Notes under the pieces: generated by a model
What the model saw: the letters and a program-made list of their open reading frames with translations, nothing else
The model's database searches: none
What the model was told of the DNA's origin: nothing
From: an uncultured virus (IMG/VR IMGVR_UViG_3300030104_002535)
Taxonomy: Duplodnaviria; Heunggongvirae; Uroviricota; Caudoviricetes
Reading direction: 5' to 3' (one strand)
DNA length: 64,000 bases
IMG/VR virus record: IMGVR_UViG_3300030104_002535
Position numbers and translations under genes: made by a program
Part shown: piece by piece, positions 1 through 9,590 of the stretch
How positions within the stretch are numbered: the stretch's first letter is position 1
Layout: every line of letters starts with the position of its first letter

Positions 1-1103
1 ACCATTTGTAAATGCTACACCATAATTAGTAGTGATTGAACTTGTTACACTTAATAATCCACCAATATCTATATTAGCACCAGTGACTATACTGCCACTA
101 AAAGTTGTATTACTATTGATATACATTTGTGCAGCACTGCCTGATAAATCTTTAACAGCAATAGCATCTCTACCTAAGTACATTAATCTTGCATTATCTT
201 CAAGTTTTAATAAAGAAGTACTACCACTACCAGTAGTTTTAACATGTAGTTTTGTACCAGGTGATACAGTTCCTATACCAAAATTCCCTGCATTTGTAAC
301 TGCTACTGTTGCTGCACTTGTAGTTCTATTGTATAAATACATTCTTGAAGCATCGTGTTCAATACTAAAAGCATTTCCACCACTTCTTTCAAATCTTAAT
401 TGCTGGTCTCCACTACTATTTAATCTTAATCCAATACCTGTATGAGTAATATCTAATTTATAACTTGGCGAGTTAGTTCCAATCCCAACCTTTCCTGCTG
501 ATGTAATTCTTAATCTTTCAGCACTCGCTGTTTGTAAAGATAGTGCAGCCGAGTCTTGTGCTATTAGTCTAAAATCACCTGTTCCTCTATGTCTAAAATC
601 GGTAGTTGCATTTGCACCACCAAATCTTATAAATCTTGCTCCATAATCTGAGTATGTAGTATCTCCAATTAAGTCTACAAAAGATGTTATATCTCCAGTA
701 GCACCACTTCCTACTTCAATACTTCTACCTGCAGATGTTGCTTTTAGTTCTAATACAGAGCCAGTAAAAATAAGAGAAGATTCTACTGTTGCTTCATCTG
801 AATCTTTGAAAGTAAGAACACCATTAGCAGTTGATCCATCAAATGATATTCCACTACTAAATCCTGTACTATCAAATGCTGTAAGTCTTATTTCGTCTAT
901 TTGTTTTCTTTTAAGTGTGCCATTATCTAAAACTGCTAATTCATCAGTATCTCCAGCTACAAGATCTGTCATATCGGTTAAATAACTTCCAAACTCGGAA
1001 GCATCTAAACTTATTGTAGCAGAATAACTACCACTTGTTGTATTGCTTTGTGATATGTCTAACGGATTACTTGCAGTAATACTTACACCAGTCATATCTC
1101 CAT
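1..1103. repeat. Diverged copy 1 of shared tail-fibre segment (copy 2 at 32607-33753)
   Basis: 1-99 identical to 32607-32705; near-identical to ~250; further similar blocks at ~480-700, ~780-895 and ~1000-1103. Confidence 0.95.
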
Positions 1104-2886
1104 TACCAGTGCCGTAACCAAATGATTCAATTCTGTCATTAATAGCTTTTGCTGTCATTAATAAATCATCACTATCACTAAATGATTCGGTGCTATCTGT
1201 TATATCGGCTGCTAATATTTGGTCTATACCTACTTGTGTTATATATCCATAACCTAAAATTTTATCTTCTACTGCAGCAGAAGTCATAATGTGAGCATCG
1301 TCATTAGTAAATTCACCTGAATCATCAATACCAGTAATAGTATTACCGTCCATTGTAAAACTTGCAAGACTACTAAATGTTTTAGCTCCACTAAATGTTT
1401 GAGTGCCTGACAAATGTGCTGTATCTGCGTCTAAGTATGCACTTGCAACAGTGCCACTTGTTATTAAATTTCCACTATGATTAGGTACGGATGTTAAGTA
1501 AGTTTCATTTGTATCTACTTTTAAACTACCACCTGCATATAATCTTATTCTATCATTAGTTAATTGTATATAAGTATTTGTGTCGCCAACGTGATAAATA
1601 ACGTGTGGAACATATAAATCTGCACCAAATATGGCATCATTATCAGCTTGCAATGTCAAAGATAATGATGGTGTTATAGTTGTTTGACTACCGCCTGTTC
1701 CTTGTGCGTTATTATAAAATTCTAAATCCCCACTACTTTGAAACCTTATTTGAGATGAGCCACCATAAAGCCCTTGTGTATAAGTATAAGCAGATGAGTT
1801 ATCAGTAGTAATAGTTGTATTGAAAGCTTGAATAAAATGTCTTCCACCACTATGTCTTTGTTCATAAAATTGTAATTGTCTATCAGTATTATTACCACCT
1901 CTTTGCAATCTTATTCTTTCTTTTATGCCATATGTGTTTGACGGGTCAGTCCCTTTGAAAAATAAAACACCTGCGTCATAAAGTAAATTAGACTCTGATT
2001 GTATAGCACTTGTTCCATTACCTGTTAATAAAGCGTTTGAAGTTAAAGAAGTTGCCCCTGTTCCACCATTTGCTACAGGTAAAGTTCCTGTAATATCTGT
2101 TGTGAGGTTTACAGCATTTCTTGTTATCTCTTGACCGCTTAATGTTAAATAATCTAAACTTCCTGCTAATGTTACATTTGTAGAGTTATCTGTTCCTGCT
2201 ACATCTACGCCTAAATTAGTTCTTGCGGTTGCAACATTAGTTAAATCAGATAAATTAGAAGCTTTAACTAATTTTTGCCCTAATGAAGTTGCGGTTGTTG
2301 TAGCAAAGTTTGCATCATCTCCTAATGCAGAAGCTAACTCGTCTAATGTGTCTAATGTGCTTGGTGCAGAGTTTACGATATCTGCTACTTCTGCATCAAC
2401 ATAAGTTTTTATAGCTTTGGCACTTGCTAATGTTGTGTGTGTTCCTGCTACTGAACTTATATCAGTATCTAATACCCCTGATTTAAAATTATCAACTTCT
2501 ATGTTAGAAAGAGTATTATTATCAGCATCAATCGTTTTATTAGTAAAAGTTAAAGTATTAGATGCGGTTGTATCTCCGCTTGATGAAATATCAATATTTC
2601 CATTAGTATTATCATAATTAGTTGAAACGTTAGTATAACTTCCTGTGGTAAGCATAGCCCCAACAACGTCTTGAATAAATTCTGTAATAGTATCTGTGCC
2701 TAAAAGAAAGTTCCCAGGCGTTGATATTTTAACTTTATTGCTCGCAATAGATAAATCAGAAGCCGTGCCATCGCCGTCATATAAAACTCTTAAATTTCCG
2801 TCAATACCTGCGGTTTCTCCAGTGTGAATTAACTGAACATACCCCTGATTTACGGGTGTATTCCCTATGTCTGTATTAGCACTCAT
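1..2886 (-). CDS. Tail fibre of phage A (N-terminal ~962 codons, runs off left edge; missing from ORF track)
   Basis: ATG at 2886 overlaps the upstream TAA (TAATG). Hand translation MSANTDIGNTPVNQGYV...APSTLDTLDELASALGDDANFA...NLSDLTNVATARTNLG contains classic fibre motifs. Same frame as the homologous part of ORF 30693-36590. Confidence 0.88.
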   Translation of the reverse strand, partial: MSANTDIGNTPVNQGYVQLIHTGETAGIDGNLRVLYDGDGTASDLSIASNKVKISTPGNFLLGTDTITEFIQDVVGAMLTTGSYTNVSTNYDNTNGNIDISSSGDTTASNTLTFTNKTIDADNNTLSNIEVDNFKSGVLDTDISSVAGTHTTLASAKAIKTYVDAEVADIVNSAPSTLDTLDELASALGDDANFATTTATSLGQKLVKASNLSDLTNVATARTNLGVDVAGTDNSTNVTLAGSLDYLTLSGQEITRNAVNLTTDITGTLPVANGGTGATSLTSNALLTGNGTSAIQSESNLLYDAGVLFFKGTDPSNTYGIKERIRLQRGGNNTDRQLQFYEQRHSGGRHFIQAFNTTITTDNSSAYTYTQGLYGGSSQIRFQSSGDLEFYNNAQGTGGSQTTITPSLSLTLQADNDAIFGADLYVPHVIYHVGDTNTYIQLTNDRIRLYAGGSLKVDTNETYLTSVPNHSGNLITSGTVASAYLDADTAHLSGTQTFSGAKTFSSLASFTMDGNTITGIDDSGEFTNDDAHIMTSAAVEDKILGYGYITQVGIDQILAADITDSTESFSDSDDLLMTAKAINDRIESFGYGTGNGDMTGVSITASNPLDISQSNTTSGSYSATISLDASEFGSYLTDMTDLVAGDTDELAVLDNGTLKRKQIDEIRLTAFDSTGFSSGISFDGSTANGVLTFKDSDEATVESSLIFTGSVLELKATSAGRSIEVGSGATGDITSFVDLIGDTTYSDYGARFIRFGGANATTDFRHRGTGDFRLIAQDSAALSLQTASAERLRITSAGKVGIGTNSPSYKLDITHTGIGLRLNSSGDQQLRFERSGGNAFSIEHDASRMYLYNRTTSAATVAVTNAGNFGIGTVSPGTKLHVKTTGSGSTSLLKLEDNARLMYLGRDAIAVKDLSGSAAQMYINSNTTFSGSIVTGANIDIGGLLSVTSSITTNYGVAFTNG

Positions 2887-3110
2887 TAATCAATATCTAA
2901 TTCTTTATAAAGCTTTTTATCTGACATTCTTTTTGTTCCCCTACCAATATCATCTGAAATAATAGTTGGGCTACTAATTAATCTAATAACATTACTGCTA
3001 TCTTTGCAATCATTTTCAAAATCACTGCATTTTTTAAATTTTTCGTCTTGCATAGACTGTTTGACTATATATGTCTTGTTGCATTCGCATTTATATTCGT
3101 ATAAAGGCAT
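2886..3110 (-). CDS. FmdB-like zinc-ribbon protein
   Basis: MPLYEYKCEC...C...C...RLISSP pattern; AAGGAG RBS upstream of ATG 3110 favours this start over 3170. Confidence 0.75.
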   Translation of the reverse strand: MPLYEYKCECNKTYIVKQSMQDEKFKKCSDFENDCKDSSNVIRLISSPTIISDDIGRGTKRMSDKKLYKELDID

Positions 3111-3143
3111 CTCTATCTCCTTAAAATTAGTTTCGTGAGGGTT

Positions 3144-3172
3144 ATATAGGGCTGAATAAATCAGCCCCATAT
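3144..3172 (-). terminator. Stem-loop downstream of capsid gene (terminator/attenuator or processing site)
   Basis: GGGCTGA-ATAAA-TCAGCCC inverted repeat with AT extensions; no strong U-tract. Confidence 0.5.
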
Positions 3173-3198
3173 ATTCGGTGTTTAGTCAATAAACTCTA

Positions 3199-4071
3199 TT
3201 AATCTACATTAACAAAGTTTACGATTCCTGCTGATGCTGAGTTCGCAGCTTGTGCAAGAACTGCACCAAACAGAACGTCTGCTACAACTGATGTTGCTAA
3301 GTGGTCAATGTCGTATGAACTTTGAACACGTGGAGCAATCTGTTGAGCAAAATAAACTGAATCTCTTTTAAAAATAGAAGCAGTTTCTGAAGTTGATGTT
3401 CCACCCTCGTCCCAATCAGTACTTGCGTAAAGTGGTAAGCCATAAGCAGAAATAATTCTACCTGTAGCATTAGGGTTTTCATTATCTCCACGCTTTTGAG
3501 CTTCTGTGAACTCGCCCAATGAAAGCATAGACATATATGATTTAGGTGAACAATACATAAAGAACTCTCCGTCAGCGTAATCGTGTCCTGCGTCAAGAAG
3601 CTTTTCTAATCCACTTCTAAATAATGCAGTAGTCATTACATCGTCTGTTGATAATCCTACGTTATTTGCACTCGCACCTTTAATAGTTGCGGCAATATAG
3701 CTTTCAACTTTTTTAGCCAAAGCGTAGCCCATTGATTGAGCATATGCGTTGAATAAGTCAGCTGATTCTTGGACTCTTACGATGTCTTCGATTCTTTTAG
3801 CTTCGTAGAAGTGTTGGTCAACTGTTAGTTGTCTTACACCATCTGTATTGTTAGTATATGTCACAGCACTTCCTGCACTTTTTGATGCAGCAGTTTCTTC
3901 TGCGACCTTAGGTATATTTAGTATATCCCCACCGCCTGCTAACATACTTGAGAAGTCGGAAACTTGATTTCTTAACTGAAATTTTCTTTCAGCATAATCT
4001 AAAATCGCATCTCTCCACATCTCAGGTATAAAATTTGCGGCGGTTGTCTTAGTTACATTTCCGTCTGCCAT
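3199..4071 (-). CDS. Major capsid protein, phage A (P22-coat-like, HK97 fold)
   Basis: NFIPEMW..., GDILNIP, ADVLFG motifs; follows scaffold; AAGGAG RBS. Confidence 0.85.
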   Translation of the reverse strand: MADGNVTKTTAANFIPEMWRDAILDYAERKFQLRNQVSDFSSMLAGGGDILNIPKVAEETAASKSAGSAVTYTNNTDGVRQLTVDQHFYEAKRIEDIVRVQESADLFNAYAQSMGYALAKKVESYIAATIKGASANNVGLSTDDVMTTALFRSGLEKLLDAGHDYADGEFFMYCSPKSYMSMLSLGEFTEAQKRGDNENPNATGRIISAYGLPLYASTDWDEGGTSTSETASIFKRDSVYFAQQIAPRVQSSYDIDHLATSVVADVLFGAVLAQAANSASAGIVNFVNVD

Positions 4072-4104
4072 TTTATTTACTCTCCTTAAAGATTAATGGT
4101 TTAA

Positions 4105-4665
4105 TTAGTTGTTATTTTTATAACCCTCTAATATCTGCTTCCAAAGTTTAGGATTCTTTTTAGCTTGTTCTCTATCTTCTTTGGTTAAATCTCCAAATTT
4201 GACATTTTGAGCAAACTTACCAGAACTCACTACTTCTTTTGCGTCTGATACTTGCACTTTATTCTTACTCAATCTTTCAATGTGCTTCTCTAATTTAAGA
4301 GTTGAGAGGTCTTGATATATTTCTTGGTCATCTTCTGAAAGTTGAGAGAGCAGATGTTCTCTTCTTTGCTTTTCCTGCATTTCAAACATTTCTACTTTCG
4401 GCTTTAAAGCTTCAAGTTCTTGTTGAGATGATTCATACAAAGTTTTGAATTCCTCTTTCGCTTCAAGTTGTTTTTTCTCTTGAAGTTTAAGATTTTCTTT
4501 GAGTTCGTTCAACTCAGCTTCTGCACTTTGTGCTCTTGTTCGATACTTCTTGCTTTCTGCAATTAAGCCACCGACTTCATTATTCGTTCCCTCAGGAACA
4601 TTAGTTTCCTTTGTAGCAGTTTCTACTACTTGTTCTTCTACTACGTTTTTATTTTCTTCGGACAT
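4105..4665 (-). CDS. Capsid scaffolding protein
   Basis: Acidic coiled-coil with ESKKYR...AE and EEFKTLYE motifs, directly before capsid gene. Confidence 0.7.
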   Translation of the reverse strand: MSEENKNVVEEQVVETATKETNVPEGTNNEVGGLIAESKKYRTRAQSAEAELNELKENLKLQEKKQLEAKEEFKTLYESSQQELEALKPKVEMFEMQEKQRREHLLSQLSEDDQEIYQDLSTLKLEKHIERLSKNKVQVSDAKEVVSSGKFAQNVKFGDLTKEDREQAKKNPKLWKQILEGYKNNN

Positions 4666-4680
4666 ACTGCCCTCCTGTTG

Positions 4681-5145
4681 TTATTTAATCACAATGTCTT
4701 TTGATGTATATTTTTTTATATTTTTTTCATATAATTTTTCTACATCTCTCATTACTTTTAGCTTATTGCTAAGAGTTAAGTCATAAATATCATATCTTTT
4801 TTGGTTTCCTAAAACTATCTCTCCCCTATCATAAGTAATAATACCTGTATTTTTACGGGAACTTGCACGCATACCTCTAAATGTTCTGCCTGTTAATTTC
4901 ATATTTACAAAAGCAGTTTCGGTGTCGGTTGATTGGTTTTCAAAAGCTTTTAATTTTTTTCCTGTTCTTAAACTTGTCATACCACGGGCTTTGTATTTTT
5001 TATATGCTTCACTTCTATATTGCCTACCGCTTTTGCCGTTTTGAAATTTACCTCTTGAAGCGTCAAGCTGAATTATATCTATAATATCACTTGCCAACGT
5101 TTTCATAAATTTGTTTGACGTTTTTACTACTTCGAATAACTTCAT
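4681..5145 (-). CDS. Putative neck/head-completion protein (virion morphogenesis family)
   Basis: Basic protein with Y...K...VNMKLTG motif inside the head cluster; start chosen at ATGA overlap. Confidence 0.45.
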   Translation of the reverse strand: MKLFEVVKTSNKFMKTLASDIIDIIQLDASRGKFQNGKSGRQYRSEAYKKYKARGMTSLRTGKKLKAFENQSTDTETAFVNMKLTGRTFRGMRASSRKNTGIITYDRGEIVLGNQKRYDIYDLTLSNKLKVMRDVEKLYEKNIKKYTSKDIVIK

Positions 5146-5858
5146 AAAGCTCTTACCCAATCGTGCCTGCAATTATATCCACCACGCCTACCGAAGCCCT
5201 GAAAACCTTTTATTCTTAAAGCGTTAATTTCGCTTATAGTCATTGGACCTTTTTCTTTAACAAGTTTTAAAACTTCTTTACAAGCAGGTCTAACTTTTTC
5301 ATCTTTTGGACCTATGTATGTAAATTTAGCATTAGGAAACTGCTGAAAAGCGTTAGCTCTTACTGTATTACTGAATGTTGCGAAAGCATCGTTTATCAAA
5401 AAAGAAGCTTCACTACTACTAATAAAAGTTCCTACACCAAAGCTTGAACTTAAACCGCTTATAATTTGACGATTAGTTTGCCCTGTTATAATACCCCTTA
5501 ACATAGCATTTCTTAATTGCAAAGTATATTGCCTTGCAGTTCCTGTTAAATAACCTAATTCAAAGTTCTTTAACTCCCTGACGATAGAAATACTTGCTAT
5601 TGGCAATCTTGCTAACTCCCTACTGCTTAATTCAGCATAGATAGAAGCTATCTCTCTTTCAAACGCCTTATTAACATCTTCAATTAAATCATCATACCCC
5701 AAACGACGCATCTCGTTAAAAAAATTAATCGTCTTAGCTAATTGCATTAATTCTGTTCCCTTGGCTTTCTTAATACCTGGAACTATTGTTTGCAGTCTGT
5801 TGATTAATTGTTGTTGAATGGTTTGTATTTCTTTATTATAAAAACCTAAATCAGCCAA
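5142..5858 (-). CDS. Head morphogenesis protein (SPP1 gp7/MuF-like)
   Basis: D..VRP.C and GGYNCRH C-terminal motif; follows portal. Confidence 0.7.
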   Translation of the reverse strand: MADLGFYNKEIQTIQQQLINRLQTIVPGIKKAKGTELMQLAKTINFFNEMRRLGYDDLIEDVNKAFEREIASIYAELSSRELARLPIASISIVRELKNFELGYLTGTARQYTLQLRNAMLRGIITGQTNRQIISGLSSSFGVGTFISSSEASFLINDAFATFSNTVRANAFQQFPNAKFTYIGPKDEKVRPACKEVLKLVKEKGPMTISEINALRIKGFQGFGRRGGYNCRHDWVRAL

Positions 5859-7182
5859 CTTCTTGTCCTAATCTCTCTAATATTGATTGATTCTCATCAG
5901 CTTGTTGTGGTGCTTCTTCGTCAATAGTATCAATCATTTCGTTAATCTCGTCTTCCTGTAAGTCAGGATTCTTTTTTCTTAAATAACTTTTTCTTGTTTC
6001 TAAATCATTAGCAAAAGCCCAGGTGTAATATTGTATTTCCTCGCCCATAGACATTGGCACTTCTCTTTCAGCAAAGTCTATACTAAATTGGTCATCAATA
6101 TTTATTCCGCCTGATACTTCACATATTCGTTGTGCTATTTTAAATTGGTTTCTTTCAAACGGGCGATAAATTTGTTCTATATCACTTCTCAATGCGTCCA
6201 TTAAATCTATTTGACTCATTTTTTTAGATAACCCAGATTCTTGACCTTTATCAGTCCAATTAATTCTTACGTTATTAGCTTGTGCTATACTATCTACCAT
6301 ATACTTTGTAGATTCAATCATACCATTTATATCTGCGTTTGGACTTGCATAACTAAAATTAGCACCCTCGGGAAGAACTAATGCTTTGTCTTGCCCCATA
6401 GATATACGTTGTTCGGTATCTAAACCTGTAAACAATGGTTGCCCTAACATAAATCTTCCGTGTAATGCTAACTCTGTCAATAAAATATTTACACTTCTCA
6501 TACCATCTACTAAATCGTTAGCACCCTCTCTAAAATAATCTCTTGTGTATGCGTGCCTATGTGCTATGTTAAATGGTAAGATATCTCCATACGGGTTTTT
6601 ATTATCAGGAACAATAGAAGTTATTTTACCTCTACTGCTAATCATAAAATGTTTTCCCTCCATATCCTCGGTATCTTTACTCCAAAACATATATTGAGCG
6701 TCTTCACTTCTTGCATTAACTTGACTTTCCGCCTGATACATAATAGCAAACGGCTCATCTTCATTAGGTTTAAAAAATGGTGTAAAAAAGTGGATAGGTC
6801 TATATTTAAGCTTTTGTTCATTGTCGTCCCAATGAGTGTATAGTGCTTCTGTTCCTAATAAATAAGTAAGTTGTTCAAACTGCTTCATAAAAGAATCAAA
6901 TTCTCCAATAACTTCATTATATTTATCATTGTATCTAATCGGGTTTTCTTGATATACCAAAGCCCTGCGACTTATAATATTTCTTACAAGGTTGATATAC
7001 ATAGGTGGAACTTGCGAAAGACTTTCGCTGTTAAAATATTTTTTTAAATCTTGTTCTAAGTTTACTCCCTCATAATAGTCAAGTAAACGTTCTCTCTCGA
7101 CCATTTGATTGTCATAATTTTCTTGGATAGTTTCCATTAGTAAATTATGTAGCATCTGTTCTGTTAAATTATAAATAATCAC
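5851..7182 (-). CDS. Portal protein (SPP1-like)
   Basis: 443 aa, LDYYEG near N-terminus, NPYG..PF, ESG motif; downstream of TerL. Confidence 0.85.
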   Translation of the reverse strand: MIIYNLTEQMLHNLLMETIQENYDNQMVERERLLDYYEGVNLEQDLKKYFNSESLSQVPPMYINLVRNIISRRALVYQENPIRYNDKYNEVIGEFDSFMKQFEQLTYLLGTEALYTHWDDNEQKLKYRPIHFFTPFFKPNEDEPFAIMYQAESQVNARSEDAQYMFWSKDTEDMEGKHFMISSRGKITSIVPDNKNPYGDILPFNIAHRHAYTRDYFREGANDLVDGMRSVNILLTELALHGRFMLGQPLFTGLDTEQRISMGQDKALVLPEGANFSYASPNADINGMIESTKYMVDSIAQANNVRINWTDKGQESGLSKKMSQIDLMDALRSDIEQIYRPFERNQFKIAQRICEVSGGINIDDQFSIDFAEREVPMSMGEEIQYYTWAFANDLETRKSYLRKKNPDLQEDEINEMIDTIDEEAPQQADENQSILERLGQEVG

Positions 7183-7361
7183 GATTCATACCTCTTTTGC
7201 GTTTCTCCTAAACTTTCATCATAGCAGAATCCCTCACTAATTCTATTGATTAATTGTCTTTGTGTTTTATATGCTTCTTTTTGGATATATACTGCATAGA
7301 TTATAAAAGCTATAATAGTTGTTATAATCCCTGTTGTAAATCCTAATAAAAATATTACCAT
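7179..7361 (-). CDS. Small membrane protein
   Basis: N-terminal hydrophobic helix; overlaps both neighbours. Confidence 0.6.
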   Translation of the reverse strand: MVIFLLGFTTGIITTIIAFIIYAVYIQKEAYKTQRQLINRISEGFCYDESLGETQKRYES

Positions 7362-8557
7362 TCAATAATTTCCATATTTCCTTTGAATCCATAGCGATAC
7401 TCCATAGGATACATTAATGCATCTAAATAATGCGATAATGTTTCTGTTTTTGTAATTCTATTGTTTTCAAACGTTGTTAATTCTAAATCTCTTATTAAGT
7501 TCTTGCAAGACGGCTTAATAAATAAACGCCTTTTTCCAGAAGCATCTTCAAGCATTCTGTTTAAAGAGTTTAATCTATCTTTCTGCGTTGGGTTGGCTTT
7601 CTTGCTTATGACTGTAAACCCTGCTTCCTGTAAAATTCTATGGTCGGACTTAGTGCTATTACTTGTTCTTGATTTCCCTGCGGGGTCAGGATAACAAGGT
7701 AAATCAGGTGCAATTTTTTTCATCTTATCTGCTAATTCAAACGTGTTTGAGTTCTGTAAACCTATTTCATCAAAAACATATACTTCGCCTGCTGTATTTT
7801 CACACATTAAAACTGCGGTCATATAAGAAGCTACACCGAAGTCAATCCCCCAGAACATACGTGTTGTAATATCTAATTCTTTGCAGTGTATTTCTCTATT
7901 GAAGTTGTATGCACATTTATTTTGTGCGGTTTCAAAGGAAGCTAAATACTCTTGCCTAAACGTCATTGCGTCAAGGTTTTTTTTAGCACTATCTACTTCT
8001 TCCTGCGGTATAAAACCTCCGTCAATAGTTGTAAATTGCCAACTTCTATAATCGCTATCATCAGACTGACCTTTAACGAACATATCGTAAAAGTGGTTTT
8101 GAATGCCTGTTGGTGTTCCTACAAACAAAGCTTTTCCGCCTGTTTCTGCTAACATAGGTTGAACAATCTCTCCCCATACATTAGGTTTCATAAAAGCGTA
8201 TTCATCTAAGACACATTGTGTTAGTGATACACCACGCAAACTATCCTCTTTATCAGCACCCTTTAACTCTATCTTAGCGTTGTTTTCAAGAGTGATAGAT
8301 AGTTCGCTTTCATTTATCTTAGCGTTTTTTTCCCGAAATATTCTTTTAAGTATATTCCAAGCTACCATTTTTGCCTGACGATATGTTGGGTATATAATCC
8401 AACGTCTTTCATCGGGCTTTAATTCTTTTTGCATTAGCCATAGCATAGAAAAAAACGTTTTGCCCCATCTACGCCCACAAACTAAAACTTTATAACGACT
8501 CCCGTCGCTTAATATTTCTTTTCTTGAAGCATCAATTTTCCACTTCATCAAAATCAA
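7355..8557 (-). CDS. terL: Terminase large subunit, phage A
   Basis: Walker A GRRWGKT, LRG...VLDEYA Walker B, GTP motif, GIDFG nuclease motif, HYLDALMY. Confidence 0.95.
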   Translation of the reverse strand: MILMKWKIDASRKEILSDGSRYKVLVCGRRWGKTFFSMLWLMQKELKPDERRWIIYPTYRQAKMVAWNILKRIFREKNAKINESELSITLENNAKIELKGADKEDSLRGVSLTQCVLDEYAFMKPNVWGEIVQPMLAETGGKALFVGTPTGIQNHFYDMFVKGQSDDSDYRSWQFTTIDGGFIPQEEVDSAKKNLDAMTFRQEYLASFETAQNKCAYNFNREIHCKELDITTRMFWGIDFGVASYMTAVLMCENTAGEVYVFDEIGLQNSNTFELADKMKKIAPDLPCYPDPAGKSRTSNSTKSDHRILQEAGFTVISKKANPTQKDRLNSLNRMLEDASGKRRLFIKPSCKNLIRDLELTTFENNRITKTETLSHYLDALMYPMEYRYGFKGNMEIIEW

Positions 8558-8825
8558 AAACCTTTATTGGCTCATCAGATACATCTTGTATTCCTACAAC
8601 TTGTCTTGGTTTGCCCTCTAATCTATCAGCTATAAAATGCACTGCCCAACTTTCGCCCTGAACAGCAAAGTCAAAAACCTTACGCATAATAAACTCTAAT
8701 TTATCGTGTTCGCTTTTAGCTGATATGTTTTCTGCACCTATCTTCTTAATTAAATTAGCAATAGATGTAGTGCCCTTTGGACGCCCTTTTGGATTACCGC
8801 TTTGCCCTTTTTTAAATTTTGCCAT
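8532..8825 (-). CDS. terS: Terminase small subunit (FKKGQSGNPKGRPKG type)
   Basis: N-terminal FKKGQSGNPKGRPKG motif; overlaps terL start. Confidence 0.75.
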   Translation of the reverse strand: MAKFKKGQSGNPKGRPKGTTSIANLIKKIGAENISAKSEHDKLEFIMRKVFDFAVQGESWAVHFIADRLEGKPRQVVGIQDVSDEPIKVFDFDEVEN

Positions 8826-8846
8826 TTCCCTGTTAATTCCCTGTTA

Positions 8847-9590
8847 TTACAGGTATTTATGTAAACTTCTTTGAAATAATACTTCGTTCTTTCGTTTAGG
8901 GTGCATTTTTAAAGCCCCACCCCATTTTTTTAAAAGATACATCATATTTTTATTTTCTAATTCGTCGTTTCTATAATCAACTACTCCACCTGTATTAGAG
9001 TAATGTTTAAATGTGAATAAATATTTCTGATACCTTTGAACTAAATCATACTCTTTTATGTGTTGTAAAGTATAATCATAATCTTCTTTTAAGCTTAAAT
9101 TTTCATCAAATCTAAGTGAGGTTGGTTTCGCTAACATAAACGAAGCGATGCAGAATGCGTTGTTTTGGACTTCTTTTTTAGCAAAAAACGGATTATTTGT
9201 CGGTGGCATACCAATTAACTTGGCTTTTGAGTTTTCTGCAAAGGATATAAAATCGTTATAAGCTTCCTCAAAAGATACTAAATCTCCCTTTTTACCATCA
9301 AAATTATTAATTCTTACTTCTACTAAATCGTCATCTATTTGAACGCAGTTAGCGTTTTCTTCGTAAGCGTGTTGTAATGCTTGGTTTCTTTGGTCTAATA
9401 AACCTTGACCAAAAATAAACTTTTTAGCTCCATACTTTTTATATTCTTCTTCTTCTTCTTTCCAAATACAAAAAATAGCATTTTCTCTAATGAAAGAATC
9501 CATTTCTGGAAGTGTATGAGCCCTTTTGTAACTCACACAATATAGATTAGTTTGCATATATAGATTCGCCTGCTTGCCTGTTTTTAGCAT
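8847..9590 (-). CDS. GT-A fold glycosyltransferase (GREB1-like/TET-associated)
   Basis: SYKR, RN, QIDDD (DxD), KEDYDYTLQ and GG motifs; adjacent to TET-like gene. Start may be ATG 9557. Confidence 0.75.
   Translation of the reverse strand: MLKTGKQANLYMQTNLYCVSYKRAHTLPEMDSFIRENAIFCIWKEEEEEYKKYGAKKFIFGQGLLDQRNQALQHAYEENANCVQIDDDLVEVRINNFDGKKGDLVSFEEAYNDFISFAENSKAKLIGMPPTNNPFFAKKEVQNNAFCIASFMLAKPTSLRFDENLSLKEDYDYTLQHIKEYDLVQRYQKYLFTFKHYSNTGGVVDYRNDELENKNMMYLLKKWGGALKMHPKRKNEVLFQRSLHKYL

Noticed and set aside
1..250. Repeat pair 1-250 / 32607-32856 as a diversity-generating retroelement TR/VR
   Set aside because: No reverse transcriptase in the window, both copies are in-frame parts of fibre genes, and differences are not confined to adenines.
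32..445. Plus-strand ORFs opposite the fibre and other structural genes (e.g. 32-445, 2417-2617, 32638-32934, 34561-35361)
   Set aside because: Antisense shadows of long minus-strand genes; no RBS or recognisable motifs.
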